DNA of 63,616 nucleotides, counting the filler, from Basidioascus undulatus (lineage: Eukaryota): the NCBI GenBank assembly GCA_000826855.1. It is 4 parts of 4 records of this genome, joined end to end, with 100 filler letters (N's around TTAATTAATTAA, not from the genome) between each part and the next. Parts side by side here need not be neighbours in the genome. Positions count along the whole stretch, not along the records: positions 32,825 to 63,616 come from JTLS01000108.1; 3 more parts are not named here. One strand, given 5' to 3'. Each line of letters starts with the position of its first letter. The stretch's first letter is position 1. A program made the position numbers and the translations under genes. Below the pieces are notes generated by a model that worked only from the letters and a program-made list of their open reading frames with translations, did no database searches and was not told the DNA's origin. Positions 49,406 through 62,041 of this stretch are shown here, piece by piece.

Positions 49406-50813
49406 TGAGGGAACTATATCAGCGGATCATTTAGGCTCCAAAGCGTCAAAGATACTCCCATAACTCTGCGCACCGTCAACCATGCTGAACAAAAATGGCG
49501 GTTTCTCCCTTTGCTTCCTGCATCCAACTTTTGCTTCTGTGAAGCTCGGTTAACTCAGGGGGAAAGACCAACGTAAATCACTTGCCCAACTTACCAGAAT
49601 AGATCCCTTCCGGAATACCCATTCCACGGGACCCATGGCAGCCCCGAGCACGGCGACCAATGCCAGAAGGCGCAGGAGGAACGGCCCGAGGTACGCGATG
49701 GCGTTCCAGCTTAAGGAAGCTGCGTATCCTAGGAAACAAATAGGGTCGATCACGAAATACCCCTGGAGTTGGTGAGGGTGGCATTGAGATCGAGGCTGAG
49801 GGAAACCGAGGGGAGGTCGGCAGAGATGGAAGTCGCGGTAGCGTTCATGATCGACCTTGGTAGTTTGCGGGAAAGCGATCAGGGAACTGGCCCCAAGACT
49901 GTAGATTTTTGGGTGGGTAGAACAGTTAGAAGGTAGAGTCCCTAAAGCCTGCCCAACAGGCAACACCGCGTCGTGCCAAATGCTTCCGAAATACGCCCTG
50001 CGCACGCGCGAGCCTCGAGCACCCCTATAGCGCCGACCGCAGCCTGCGGTGCGAAGCCACCGTTCCCCTTTTATGAAGTTGATAAACTCGCCTATTTGAG
50101 CCCGACTATAGCTGAGGGGCAATGTTTTGCAATCGGCCGGTGAGCTCGGCCTCCACCATGGAGCACAACTGTTGTCCGTTTCTCTCCCTTCCACCGGGCG
50201 GTCCTATGGCCTTTACGCAACAGATATGAGTCCCAAGGTCATTCACAAACCACAACAATCAACGGTAAGCTCTGAATAACGAAAGCGAGCAAGAGAAAAG
50301 CAGTGTAGAGGTGCCGTATGTTTGCGAGCGTCGAGCGTCGAGTGCACTGCAGTCCGTCAGGTTCCGTTTCTTGGACAGTGAAGGACATGCTTGGAAAAGC
50401 CTTTGCAAACCTTGCGTTGCCATCCTAATCCAAGTTGTCAGCCAAATAGCCGTACCCATGTCCTCAAAGCGCGCTCGGATGAAACTTCTGCAGTTCGGCA
50501 CACTTCCTACAACATTGTTGGCTGGCACATCGACGGTCGAAGACTAAATTACTCTTCTGCGAGCAAACCTAATACCTCCTCGCGATCATAAATTTCTGAG
50601 CGCCGCCGAAGTACAACTGCTGCGCAGGGGGGAAGAACAAGCAGGCTCGCAAGAGAACAGCAGGCTACCGAGGCATCATCAATCTTGTCAACGACCACAC
50701 GGCGCAACTCTTCTGCCAGGCCCGCCAACTCAAAGCTGAATGTGTATTCATGAAGAAGAGGGTAACGTGCGGTGAGGGGAACAGAGCAAGTCCGCCTCGT
50801 TCCACGTTGGCAT

Positions 50814-52026
50814 TCAGTGCGGGGGGACCTGCGTCTTCACGACGGGCGCATTCTCGCGGGAAGCATAGCCGGTCCAGCTCTGTTCGCACTCGCCGTTAGC
50901 GATTCCGCGTCGACGAAAACCAAGCGAAAGTTCAAAATGCACCTCATCGTAGATCCCGCTCTTGACACCGAGCAGCTGGAGCGCCAACCAGTTGACCGCG
51001 GCAGTCATGCCGCTCCCGCAGCTGTTCACAACGGGCAGGTTCCCCTTCTTGACGTCGTTCCAGCGCTCCTCGCCGAGGGCGTCGCGGAGCTCGCGCTCGA
51101 GCTGCTCAGGCGGGCGAAGCGTCTTGGTCTCGGGGTCGATGAGCTTGGCGAAGGGGAGCGAGTGCGCCCCCGGGATGTGGCCCGAGGGCAGGCCCGCGCG
51201 TGGCTCGGGGGCGGTGCCGTGGAAGCGCTCTGCGGAGCGCGCGTCGAGGATGAGCGCGGCGGGCGTGGCGGAGATGAGGATGGCCAGGATTTGGTCGTGC
51301 GAGAGGGTGGTGGAGGGGTCGAAGGTCGGGGTGGGGTATTTTTCGGTCTTGATATTCGTGGATGGACTCGTGTTGAGCAGGAGGTCGGAAGCGTGGAAAA
51401 GGAAGGCTGGAAGACGCACGGAAGGCTTGGTAGCATCGCCAGTCTCCACCTTGGTAGCATCGCCAGTCTCCACCTCGTTCCCTTCCTTCTCCCACCGCGG
51501 CAGCCCGCCGTCCAGCACGCTCACGCGCTCGTGCCCCATCGCCTTGAAGGTGAAGAGCGCTCGGGGGGCGGAGAAGAGGCCGAGGGTGTCGTAGATGACA
51601 ACGTTGCTTTCCGGCTTAATCCCCAGCTCGCCTACCCTCATCCCACCAAGCGTGTCCTCAGGTCAGCACTCCAACCTTCCCCACTTAGATCCACAAATAC
51701 ACCCCCGACTCACCAGCCGCCCTAGCGAACCTCTCCGCGCTCGGGATCATGTGCCCCACCAAGCCCTGCGGGTGCGGCTCGGCGATCTCGTCCAAGTCCC
51801 AGAAGCGGGCGCGCGGCAAGCGTTTGGACATGAACTCGGCGCGCGCGTTGCGGTCGCTGTTGGGCATGTGCCATGACGCGTCGAGCGGGATCGTGCCGGG
51901 CTCGCGGAGGAGAGGGTGCGAGGGAGGTATAAGTAGCGGGTGCGCCAAGGAGGTCGCGTAGAGGCGGGGGCGGGGCAGGGAGCGCAGGAGCGGACGCGTG
52001 TGCGCGAGGGGGCGGAGGAGGGGCAT
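50814..52026 (-). CDS. TUM1: Tandem-rhodanese 3-mercaptopyruvate/thiosulfate sulfurtransferase
   Basis: Arg-rich presequence-like N-terminus, LDASWHMP, HMIPS, VVIYD..GLFSAPRA, VLDGGLPRW, LDARSAERFHG..PEPR..GHIPG, active-site CGSGMTA, IYDE|SWT. Confidence 0.9.
51426..51473. repeat. Perfect 24-bp tandem duplication (VETGDATK x2) in the TUM1 linker
   Basis: cttggtagcatcgccagtctccac occurs twice in tandem. Confidence 0.95.
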
Positions 52027-54120
52027 GCTGGGTGGGTTGATGGAAGGCTCAATGTGGGGTATGGGAGGATGGAAGGTGATGGTGCTGGTGGAAGGGGGAT
52101 AGCGCTGGCTACATTGCCATCGCGCAGCGTGCATAGAGTTCAGCGAAAGATTGCATCATTCAATGCAACACTTGACTGCGATGCTTTTTACCCAGAAATA
52201 TTCATATTCGTAAAACTTAACAAGCAGTCATGGTGAATTCGGAAGGGTCCCGCGTCCTTCTCAGCAAGCTGCCGCTGGCGTCTGTGGGCAGCTTGATTAC
52301 TCGCAACCCCCCGGTCTTCTTCGTTTGGTTCACTTAGACCGGTGGCAGCATCTACAGGAACTCGAGAAAGGATATCTTCTAATGATTTCGAATCCTGAAT
52401 CCCATCTTTGATTGAGCTCGAGCCCGCGATGTCAGCTAGTGCACTGCGACTTGTCGGCGTCCTTTTGGCGACCGCTCCCTCCGGCCTCTTGGGGGGCAAC
52501 TCGGTGGCAATCAAGGGAAGTACATTCACCCTCTTGTTAAAGAGAGATTGCTCTGGCGAGGAATCTTAGGGACCTTGCCAAAGCCCTTTCATGTACTGCC
52601 ACATCCGGTCGTGCGAGCCAAGGGTACCTTTGCCTCAGCTTGCCTCTCGCTTTAGTAACTGTCCCAGAAGTATTTCATGGAGCTCAAGGCAAATCTATTT
52701 TATTCCTTTTTAATTAAGCTCTTATCGGTAACGGTGTTCAGCGACCAGGCAGTCGACAACTTGACTGCTGCCCTGACAGATGGATGGACTGCTGTTACCT
52801 GGCAAATCGCTACGGCGAAATTTTCCACTTTTGACTGGTCCTTTTACGTAAAACATTTCTTGTTATGGATGTTAATACGTTAATGGGGATGAAGTTCAAG
52901 CTCAATAATATTTTGCAGTATTCCTCCTCGTGACTTGCCTTGATCTTCTCGCCATAGCCGGGCCTTTCTTCTCGGTCTCAATATCATCAGTACAGCCAGA
53001 TAATTGTTCTCCACCTGAAAATCGCTCTGTGGGGGCTAAAGAGTAGCAATGAGAAAGCGAGAAAGTTACAGTGTGTGGGACCAAGGCAGTCGGGATGCAT
53101 GAGCTGCCCATCGCGGATGCCGGAGTGTCACGACGTGAAGCACTCAAAAGCACCGGTTACCTGTTCAAAAGGCCTGAACTCACATCTGAGTAGCGAGTTC
53201 ATGCTTGTGCAATGCGTGAGACCGCGCAGAGTGAGAATCCTGAAAGGTCTTGCAAATCACCTGTCCAGCCGTCGATTCCTCTCCTGAGCCCAATAAGTTT
53301 GACATCTTTAGGTGCAGGTCACCAGGGCCTTCTGAAAAGTTCTGAACGAGACAACGACGCGAAACAGGAACACTTGAGGAGCATTTCGGCGAGCAAGCGC
53401 CATGAAAGCCGCGCAAGGGGTCAGGGCGGCACCGTTGCGGACGGCTCGATACTCCCGCTTCACTCATCGCCATTAATATTAATATTATTAAGCACCTTTT
53501 TAATTCCTGCGTAGATTACGGAGTGAAGCTGTGAAAAGTACAGGGATTTGCAGGTGTGAACGGCGGATGGGAGTGTTGCGAGCCATGTAGTAGCGGCTAT
53601 TATTACTAATGTAAGCACGCGCTACGCTTTATGCGTTGCGCGTACCGTCCGCCTCGTGGCCTGGGCCTTGCAAACCATAACGACAGGACGACAGGCGCCT
53701 CGCTGGTGGGCATGCGCCCATGCCCGCCATAAACTCATATCCAAAGTCGACATTTTTGAATAGAAAATAGTTTGGGAGGCGTACAAGGCGTACAAGAGCG
53801 TATAGGAGCGTATGTCGCGGAAGTTGTTTGTTGGAGTGTCGCAGTCCGTTGATGAGCCTGCCCTGCTGCGCTCCTTCGTCCGCTTCCTCGCTGTTCACAC
53901 CCGCTCTGCTCGCCGACTCCTCTTTCTCTTTTTTCCTCGCATCCTCACCACCCACACTCGTTCTCAGTCCTAGCCTCCCACACTCCTTGGCAGACCAGCA
54001 CAACATTCACTCTCGCTAGGCGACGACCTTCGCCTGTCCCCTCCTTCCTCACCCGCATCGGCTGGCTCCAACTCGATCTCTACGCTCAGACCGGCCCAAA
54101 TCAAAAGCACCCAGCCCAGC

Positions 54121-55258
54121 ATGCAGCTCACCTCCTTTCCTCGCCTCTTCGCCGCCTCCCTCGCCGCCCTCGCTCTCCTCACCGATGCCGCTCGCGCACG
54201 ACTCGACGTCGGCGGCGGGTACGGCCATGGCGTGTCCACCCGCTCCAGGCATGCCCGACATCAGCAGATGTCCAAGCGGGCCTTCGACTCTAGGGTGCGT
54301 TGTTATGCTTCCACATCTGGACGGAGAGCCTGTGGCAGTGCTGAAAAGGAGGTGCCTGAACCTGCAGATGACGTTCTACGACGTCGGTCTGGGCGCATGC
54401 GGCGGCACCAACGTCGCGAGGGATTTCATTGTCGCGCTCAACGTGAGGGGAAACGTGAGGGGTGCACTTCTGGAGACGAGGCTGATTGGAAGGTGGAGTT
54501 GTAGGCGGACCAGTTCGGCGGCGGCTACCCGGGGCCCAACTGCGGGCGCCAGCTCGTCATCACGTATCAGGGCAAGACAGCGACGGCGACCGTCGCCGAC
54601 CGCTGCCCTGGCTGTCCCTTCGGCGGGCTCGACCTCTCCAAGGTGCTTTGTCGAGGCGTTTCCCGGGACGCACTGCTGGGGATGAAGTGAAGCTGATCGG
54701 AAGCGGGCGCTGCAGGGCTTGTTCACGTACTTTGCGGACGAGGGCATGGGCGTCCTCCAGGCGCAGTGGGTCTGGGCGGACGAGGTCCAGCAGCCTACGA
54801 CGTCCGAGACGCCGACGCCGACGCCTACGCCGACGCCGACTCCCACACCCACCTCGACCTACACGGTAAGTCTTCCCAATCCCATCCTTCTCCGCAAGAC
54901 CGACAGTCGAGGCTCATTGCGCGCTCTTTCCCTCCTCAGCCGCCGCCGACCACAACGAGCCCCACTACCACGTGCGTTCCTTTCTCCGTCCTCTCATCCC
55001 CGTATTTGCTAACACCCATACTCAACCCGCAGTACGACCACGACCACCTCCACAACCACCTCCACAACGCGGAGCAGCACGTCCTCCTCGACCTCCTCTT
55101 CCGCGTCGGCCTCCGCGTCCGCCGCGGCACTCGACGACCCCGCGACGCCCGACGACGAGACGACCAACTCGTTCCGCTTCGCGCAGATCGTGCTCAACCT
55201 CGGCAACGTCGCCGTCAACGGGCAGCTTACCGTCGCGCAGCGCATGCGCGCAGCCTGA
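54121..55258 (+). CDS. Secreted RlpA-like DPBB (barwin/expansin-related) protein with Ser/Thr/Pro-rich tail
   Basis: Signal peptide and KR site, then TFYDVGLGACG..DFIVALN|..CGRQLVITYQGKTATATVADRCPGCPFGGLDLS|GLFTYFA..GVL, a TP repeat and an S/T tract. Stop at 55256-55258. Confidence 0.88.
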
Positions 55259-56912
55259 AACTCGTTCTGCCTCCTCTCCTCTCTTCCTCTCTCTTCTAGG
55301 CTTTCTCGAACATTTCCCACTTCCCCAGCTCATTTTAGCCGTTTCTCCTCCTGCACTCTAGTACCGCACGCGTCTGTCTATCTCTCGGTTTCCCCACCTC
55401 GGTCTTGTTTGTCGAACGCTGTCTCATTATTCCCTTCTGAGCGCGGAGCGCGCGGCCTCTCTACTCTTTCCTTCAGCTTGTACTCTTCCCCATCGTTCTC
55501 GTCCTTCGTGCCGCGGCCTATCTCTTCCTAGGTTACCTTCCTCCTTCTTGTGCCTTCCCGCTTCGTTGACTGAAGCCTTCCTTACCCTTATCCTTACCCT
55601 TGCACGCCCAACCCCTCGCACTAGTGTTACGTTACCCCCTTACTCTTGCATACCCGTTCTACGCTTAGTGAACATCTATTTGACCCCTTTTCTTGGGCTT
55701 TCCGCGTGCTGCCCGGGAGGGTGGCGAGCGGATGGCGGCTTCGGGTGCGATGCAATGCAACCGCCTTCATCCGCGGCCGACGCGATGCAGTCGCTCATGC
55801 ACAAGCACCCTTGATTGCCTCGCTTGGTTGGCATGCTCGCCAGCTCGCCCATGCATTTTCACCTCGAAGGGAATACACAGTTCAGCGGCCGCGGCGACAG
55901 GGTCGCGGTTACAGCGACTGCTTCGAGCGTCCCACAAGTCCAAGCACTCGCTCACCAGACTCTCGTCAGCGTGGTATCGTCCAAGCGGCCGTTGACGTAT
56001 CATCCTGCCCTATGACTTAATTCTGAGTAAACTGCTTTTTCTACACGGAAGCTCTGAGCTGGCGAACCCGATGGGCTGATGCGAGCCTAATGCGTTCTTC
56101 TTTGAGCAGGCAGTTCCAGTGCGAGGGCAGATCTGTTGATTCCGATTCGCTTTACTCCGCCCGTTTCCTCTGAGCGGCCTGAATTATGAAGTCAATCTTC
56201 AGAAATCAATATCACAACTCGCTGGCCTGCGTGCGACAGACGACCTGACCATGAGCCGCAATCGAGCGTTTGCAGGTGGTTTCCTAATCTGTGCCGTTTG
56301 CATGGAGTGCGGTATGACACGGACAGAATGGAAGTGCCTTGGGGCATTATTTTACACACGCACGGTCCAAACTGTCCACTACATAAAGTGGTACAAAGCG
56401 GACATCGCACGGTTGTGCACCGTTGCACCCGAAGGAGCGGGGGCATGCCTAATCCTTTGTTGAGCTTGACATGGTCAGGATTCCGATAGAATTAGCATCA
56501 TTAGGACCATTTCTGGAAGACTTCACACAATTCTCCGCTGCTATGAAGCTACGTGAAGGGGCCGTTGTCGTTACCCAGGCGACGGTCTGCAGATCCTCAC
56601 AACGCACTGCCCAGTCTGGAAGTCCCGACAACGCGATGTACCACCTTTCCCTCTTTTCGAGGTCCTCTGTTGTGATTTATACTAGCTGTACAGCCAATGC
56701 GAAAGATATATTGCATGTCCGAATCGGACAGTCCTCTCGGTCTTCCCAATCCACTCCACTCCAACTTCCCAGCCGGTCCTGCGCTTTCACGCCCGCATTT
56801 TCGTAGCGTGCGTATTCTGATCAACCATTTCTCATACTCTCTTCCAGCCCCTCTGACATGTCCCTTCCTCCATCCAGTTTTCAAACCCCCAGCCTACCTC
56901 AACCACCTAGCC

Positions 56913-57194
56913 ATGTTCGCTCTCTCGCTCATCCTCGTCGCCACGTTCGCCGCCGCGCTCCCCACCCCCGCTCCCGCCCCGCAGGGGACCATACCGGCCA
57001 AGCTGAACAACTCCGCTGAACACTCCCTGCCCATCAACCTCAAAGGAATTCTCGGCGGGGGTGCTGGTGGGCTTTTCGGAGGTGCGGCCGCGGGCGCGGA
57101 CGCGAGAGCGGGAGCGGGAGCTGCAGCCGCTGATATCCCGGGCATCGACGACCTGCCCATCAAACTGAATGGCATCCTGGACGTTCGGCGCTAG
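56913..57194 (+). CDS. Small secreted Gly/Ala-rich repeat protein (possibly truncated)
   Basis: Signal peptide MFALSLILVATFAAA and an internal repeat LPINLKGIL / LPIKLNGIL. Confidence 0.55.
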   Translation: MFALSLILVATFAAALPTPAPAPQGTIPAKLNNSAEHSLPINLKGILGGGAGGLFGGAAAGADARAGAGAAAADIPGIDDLPIKLNGILDVRR

Positions 57195-58663
57195 GGGACT
57201 TGGCGGCGGCAGGCGGCGGCCATTTGAGAGGATCGTGCTGTACAGGATCTTGATGGAAGGGACCCTTGCGGGTTGCTAGGTGCTGGTGTTGGTCATCGGC
57301 TGTGATACATGCAACGCTTTTCATATGCTTGATATACATCTTCTGAGAAACTTCCAGACCCACAAGTTGCGGAACGCTGTCCACAGAAGGGCCTTCAAGA
57401 GCCGCGATGCTCGTCCTCCAGGCCTCTTGTTGACTCCGGGTTGTTCTTGGGCTTACCAGAGCACTGCTCACCTCGAACTGAAAAGCGGTTGCGGGGGGAA
57501 GCTGTCGAGCCTGTCATTGAAATTTTTTGGACCTACTGACTATCGGTTAGATGATGATCCTGCTGGACCTCACCAGCTGAAGTATCCTCGGAACCGACAT
57601 AGATACACGCACAGTGCACGTTGGCATTAGGCGGTGAGTTCCGGAAGGGAAGTCAGGGTGTTCGGCAGCCCACATGTTTCTCATAAAAGTTTCTAAAACA
57701 TGCGGACGTCACTTAGGAGGGGAGGGCACGATGCAGTGCAATGGCTACGCCGTGCGCACCGACGGTGCAGCCGCCAGCCTAAAACGTGCTAGAGCGTGCG
57801 AATAGTCGGAGGAGGACGCGTAAGTACCTTGGAGAACACCCGAACTGCATGCCTGAAACTAAAAATGCATGGGACTGGTCGAAAGGATAGATAGATCCAG
57901 TAAACAACACGGGTGATGCTTTGGGGTGATGCCAGGGGTGACCGGCAGTGCCCCGTCGCGCTGTTTTTCCGTTATTCACGAAAGTTCTCTTCACCTTCGA
58001 CATCCTCGGTGAGCTAAGACCGGGTATGGACAAGTCGAGAGCGGGCGGTTTCTCGAGACTGCTTTTGCTCAACCCGGCATTGACCCATCGAGCGCTCATG
58101 GGCGAGCTCGAGTAGCACACGAGGTAACGGACGTGTTTGGTCTCATAAACATGGGTTCGACGCATTGTGTGTCGAGAAATGCGGCCATCACCCACTAACG
58201 ATCCAAGAGCAGAAAGCGCAAAATACAGAGAAGTCATCAGACCCATAATCCTGTCCTATTCTCTCCGCCACGTCTCAAGCTCGCCCATCCGCGTTCTCTC
58301 GCCTTCGCCTTCGCCTTCCCCGTCCTCGATCCTCCCCAGCCGGGACCAGTCCCCTCTCCTCCCATCCCCGATCCGCCCCCCTAGAGGAGCTCCGGAACGA
58401 GCGCAAGGCGCATCCCCCATGCACACTAGCAACTGGACGTTGCGCGCACGGTCCAAGAGCGCAGGACCGCAAGTACGAGGCACGGTGTTCCCAACTCGAC
58501 ACAACTGAGACTCGGGCATGCCGCGACCGTGTGCAGGTGATGGTCGCATCTGGGATCAGGACGGATCGCTTGCGCGCGCCGTGGTCGGGTGGGGTCAGAA
58601 GCTCGGTTAATTTCATATATACACGGTCTGGGGAGTACAAAGGAGTAGCACATAACAAGGCTA

Positions 58664-59860
58664 TCACTGTGTGTCGCTCCCCCACCGGGCGCTCCCCGGC
58701 TCCGGCAGCGGGCCCAGCGCGTCCTCGTCGATACCAGACGGGCGAAGACGTCCTCCGCGCGCGGAGAGGTTAAGAATCGTGTAATTGCTTGCACGTTTTT
58801 CACGGCGCGGAAGGGACTCTTGCCAGTCCAGCATGCGCTCGTACGCCGAGCCGCCCGTCCCGCTCTCAGGGTAGAAGCACGGCTCGCCCATCTCCTTCAG
58901 CCAGCCCTTCGGGTCGACCTAGGGGGAGAAGTTCAGGTTCAGGGATGCGGAGGAATTGGACGAGAGACGAGCCGCACCGTGTCCAACTCCTCTTCCTCGT
59001 ACTCGTACCCATCGCAGAGCTGCCAGTGCCAGTTGCGCATGACGCTCTTCCCACAAGCAGAATCCTTTCTCCCCGTGAACCGTGCAAAGCGCGTACAACT
59101 GCTCGTCTTTCCCGACGGCCGGCTGGAGGATGCCGATCGTCTCGGGCGTGATGTGTTCCGCGGTTGGCTGGCGGACGAGGATGGCGTTGTACCACTGCAG
59201 AAGGCCCCCGGGCAGGCTACGCAACACCACAAATAAAAAAAAGCGGAGGGAACGAACCCGCACGCCTTCTCGGAGCTGATGACCCAGTGCGCAGGAGTGA
59301 GGATGGACGCGTCAACGTTGTGCGTCGCGACGCCCTTGCGCAGCTCGGGCGCGCCGAGGCGGGCGGCAGCCTTGTTCCCAGGGGTGTCGAAGTCGTGCTG
59401 GGCGACGATGTGCATAAAGACGAGGTTCTCGAAGGTCTTTCATTGGTCGAATCTAGTCAGCATGAGAAGAATTTCTGGATTGATTCGGGAGATGACTCAC
59501 GATCGGTCCAGTCCTCCCGAACTTGTCCACCTTCGTGCTGTCCCCAGTGCCCGCTGGCCGCTCGGCCCTGATCAGTATGTTGCGCGGCTGGTTCTCCTCC
59601 CTGCAGTAGTGCCAATGCTGGGACCAGAACCGAAATCCCGGAGCGTGGGGCGCGGTGTAGATGCCCATGACGGGGACCTCCTGCGTGAGGAACGACCAGA
59701 CGCGGTTCTCGAAGATGCGCGTCTGGCATAGTTGCGTGCGGAGCGGGGACGAGACGTAGGCGAGCGATGCGAGCGGGTTGGGGTCGAGAAGCGGTGCGAG
59801 GTAGGGCAGGATGAGAACGAGCGGGTCGGTGGGGGGGAATGGGGCGGGACATGATGCCTG
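58664..59860 (-). pseudogene. Decayed gene with F-box-like N-terminus
   Basis: PTDPLVLILPYLAPLLDPNPLASLAYVSSPLR lies out of frame with the ATG at 59852. Downstream coding-like blocks with introns are interrupted by a stop and frameshifts. Confidence 0.45.
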
Positions 59861-60347
59861 AAAAAGGAGGGGGAGGTGGTGGTCAGAGGAGTCAGCGCCG
59901 AAACGAACAAATTTACCGTTCATTTCACGAACTCTTCCTTCCTCAAACAAATAGAATTTGATGTATATAAAATTTGAGCATGTCAGTCAGGGTTGGACGG
60001 CGCCAGTTCACGATTATCTGCGAAACAGCTGTGTGTGGCGACACTCGAATGTCGCCCACTTCTTGCGGTGCACGTGCACTCCGCTCTGCGCTGCCCTACT
60101 AGCTTCGGCGCATTGTAGCCTTTTGCAAATATAGTCACACTGGCAATTTGCATGTAAACTGTTGCGGCGCTCAGTAACAGCGAACGTAAGTCCCGGGAAC
60201 GCAGTGGTCTCGTGAGTTTTACCGCACAACCAACAGCCTCCCGCAAACGACATGAAAAAGCTCGCGTAAAACGCACAATGAATCAACACTATGCACTGAA
60301 GTCAACTGAACAATAGATGCAACACACACTGCTGTCCGCACCATCCC

Positions 60348-61259
60348 TCACTGCCTCCCCCTCCCCTCTCCCCCCCCACTATCAGCCATCTCCTCCACAC
60401 CATCAAACCCCCTCTCCGCACTCACCGACCCCGACCCATGCAAGTCCTTCCTCTGCTCAATCGCGAGCGCCCCCGCGACGAGGTAGTCCGCGAGCTCGGG
60501 GCGCTTGAGCGCGCCCTGGAGGAGGTCGAGCGACGCCGGCGCGGAGGTGCTCAGCCCCGCGAGGCGCCGTTTGGGCGGGTGGTACACTGCTATGACGCGG
60601 CCGCGGCGGACCGCCTGCGGTTGGGGCGTGGTTAGAGAACATGGATGGAGAAGGAGCGGAGAAAGACGGACAACCCAGTCGGTCAGGGCTGAGATGGGGG
60701 CGCAGGCGTTAGGAGGACGTAGAAAGGAGGAGGACGGAGGGGGACACGTACCCGAATGTTTCCAATAGTAGTCCTTCCTCCCGATCGTGAATCCATGGTG
60801 GCCTCTACGCAGGTACTTGCAGTTAAGAAAACTGACGAAACTCGGGGAGCTGAGGAACCACCCACGCAGTCGACCCAGATGTGAGCATATCGACGTGCGG
60901 CTTCTTCGAGTCCTTGTGGCTCAAGCGCGCAGTCTCCTTTTCCGAGCCAGTGTTGAGGTGCCCCCACGGGAGGCCGCCCTTGTTGATGCTGAACAGGTTC
61001 TGCATCCAGTGCCCATTCAGGTCAGCCGAAGAAAAGGGCAGGAGATGAGAAGACGGCCCACGTAGGAGTCCTTTGGGTTGTGCTCGGTGGAATAGTGGAC
61101 TTGGCCGTTGGCGCTGCTGTAACACAGTAAAGGTGTGAGACGTGTGAGATGGTGGGGAGCGAAGAGGGAAGAGAGCCAGGCGCACTTCTCGATGGAGATG
61201 TTGTGGTCCCCGTTGCGGCGGAAGATGAGGTGCTGGGGCTGGGAAGTGATGGGGGACAT
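60348..61259 (-). CDS. Hypothetical protein, fungal DUF6593-like
   Basis: The splice model stays in frame: MSPITSQPQHLIFRR..|SANGQVHYSTE..|NLFSINKGG..STAW|YLRRGHHGFTIGRKDYYWKHS|ALTDW|AVRRGRVIAVYHPP..ADYLVAGALAIEQRK. A TATA-like TATAA lies near 61356-61361. Confidence 0.6.
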
Positions 61260-62034
61260 TTCGAGTGCGGTAAGCGTTGCTGGTTCGCAGGGTGGTGCGG
61301 TCGAGTGTTGCGATGATTGTGAGGAAATGTGGAGATGGAGTGGTGTCTCTCTTCCTTATATCTTTCTCAAACGGAGTCGACAACGGCACTGGCGTCACAC
61401 CCACCGTCTGCGTTCGTGCTCCAAGAACTTCCTTTCAGAACTGAGGAGGCGGCGGTCATGCGGGATGTGGGATGTGCGGAACAGACGACAGGTACCGCAG
61501 CTCGGGGGGTGGGTGTGAGGAACGTGTTGCACGCTGATGATGCGGTTCTGGAGGAGTTTCCAGGGATGCGGTGGGACAGATTCGAGATGGAGCTGGAGGA
61601 GGGGAGGCGGGGAAGTGAAAGCGGCACAGCGTCATTGTCGCTCGGCCCGTGGGGGATACCACAGGGCGAGGCATCTGGGCCGGAATGTGAAAAATACTTT
61701 CTCCGTTGTAGTACTTCTGTCGAAGTACTCTGGATTTCGTCATTGCGCAGCATGCAATGGGATAGGAAGCGGTGTTTTGCTTGCGTTGCTAACTAGCACT
61801 TGTCGAGACGCATTTTGTAAGGAGCGGCCATTTCCAAAAGGAAATGCCAGACTTGGCTGGAATCGAACCAACATACCGTGCACTAACCATTGTGGTACAA
61901 GCCCTTATTTGGTGCTCCGGCCCAACACAGTTCGTGAGGGCACGCTGACGCGCTTAGATCTGTTTTGACCAAACTACGACATGAAGACTGTTCACTGCGG
62001 AAAACAAAGTAGGAAATCGCCCCTTCCGAGGGTG

Positions 62035-62041
62035 TATAAAA
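62035..62041 (+). promoter_or_regulatory. Candidate TATA box of RPL24
   Basis: TATAAAA lies upstream of the putative first non-coding exon, which ends at 62210. Confidence 0.35.

Noticed and set aside
1770..52026. Apparent functional clustering (MVP1+VPS27 endosomal; ERG24+Osh sterol; NBP35+TUM1 tRNA thiolation; MTR4+BMT6+RPL24 ribosome)
   Set aside because: The genes are dispersed among unrelated genes and across assembly gaps. Such co-occurrence is expected by chance among housekeeping genes.
52180..53500. Lower-GC block with short ORFs, considered as a transposon or gene remnant
   Set aside because: No transposase, reverse transcriptase, integrase or other motif was recognised, and no terminal repeats were seen.
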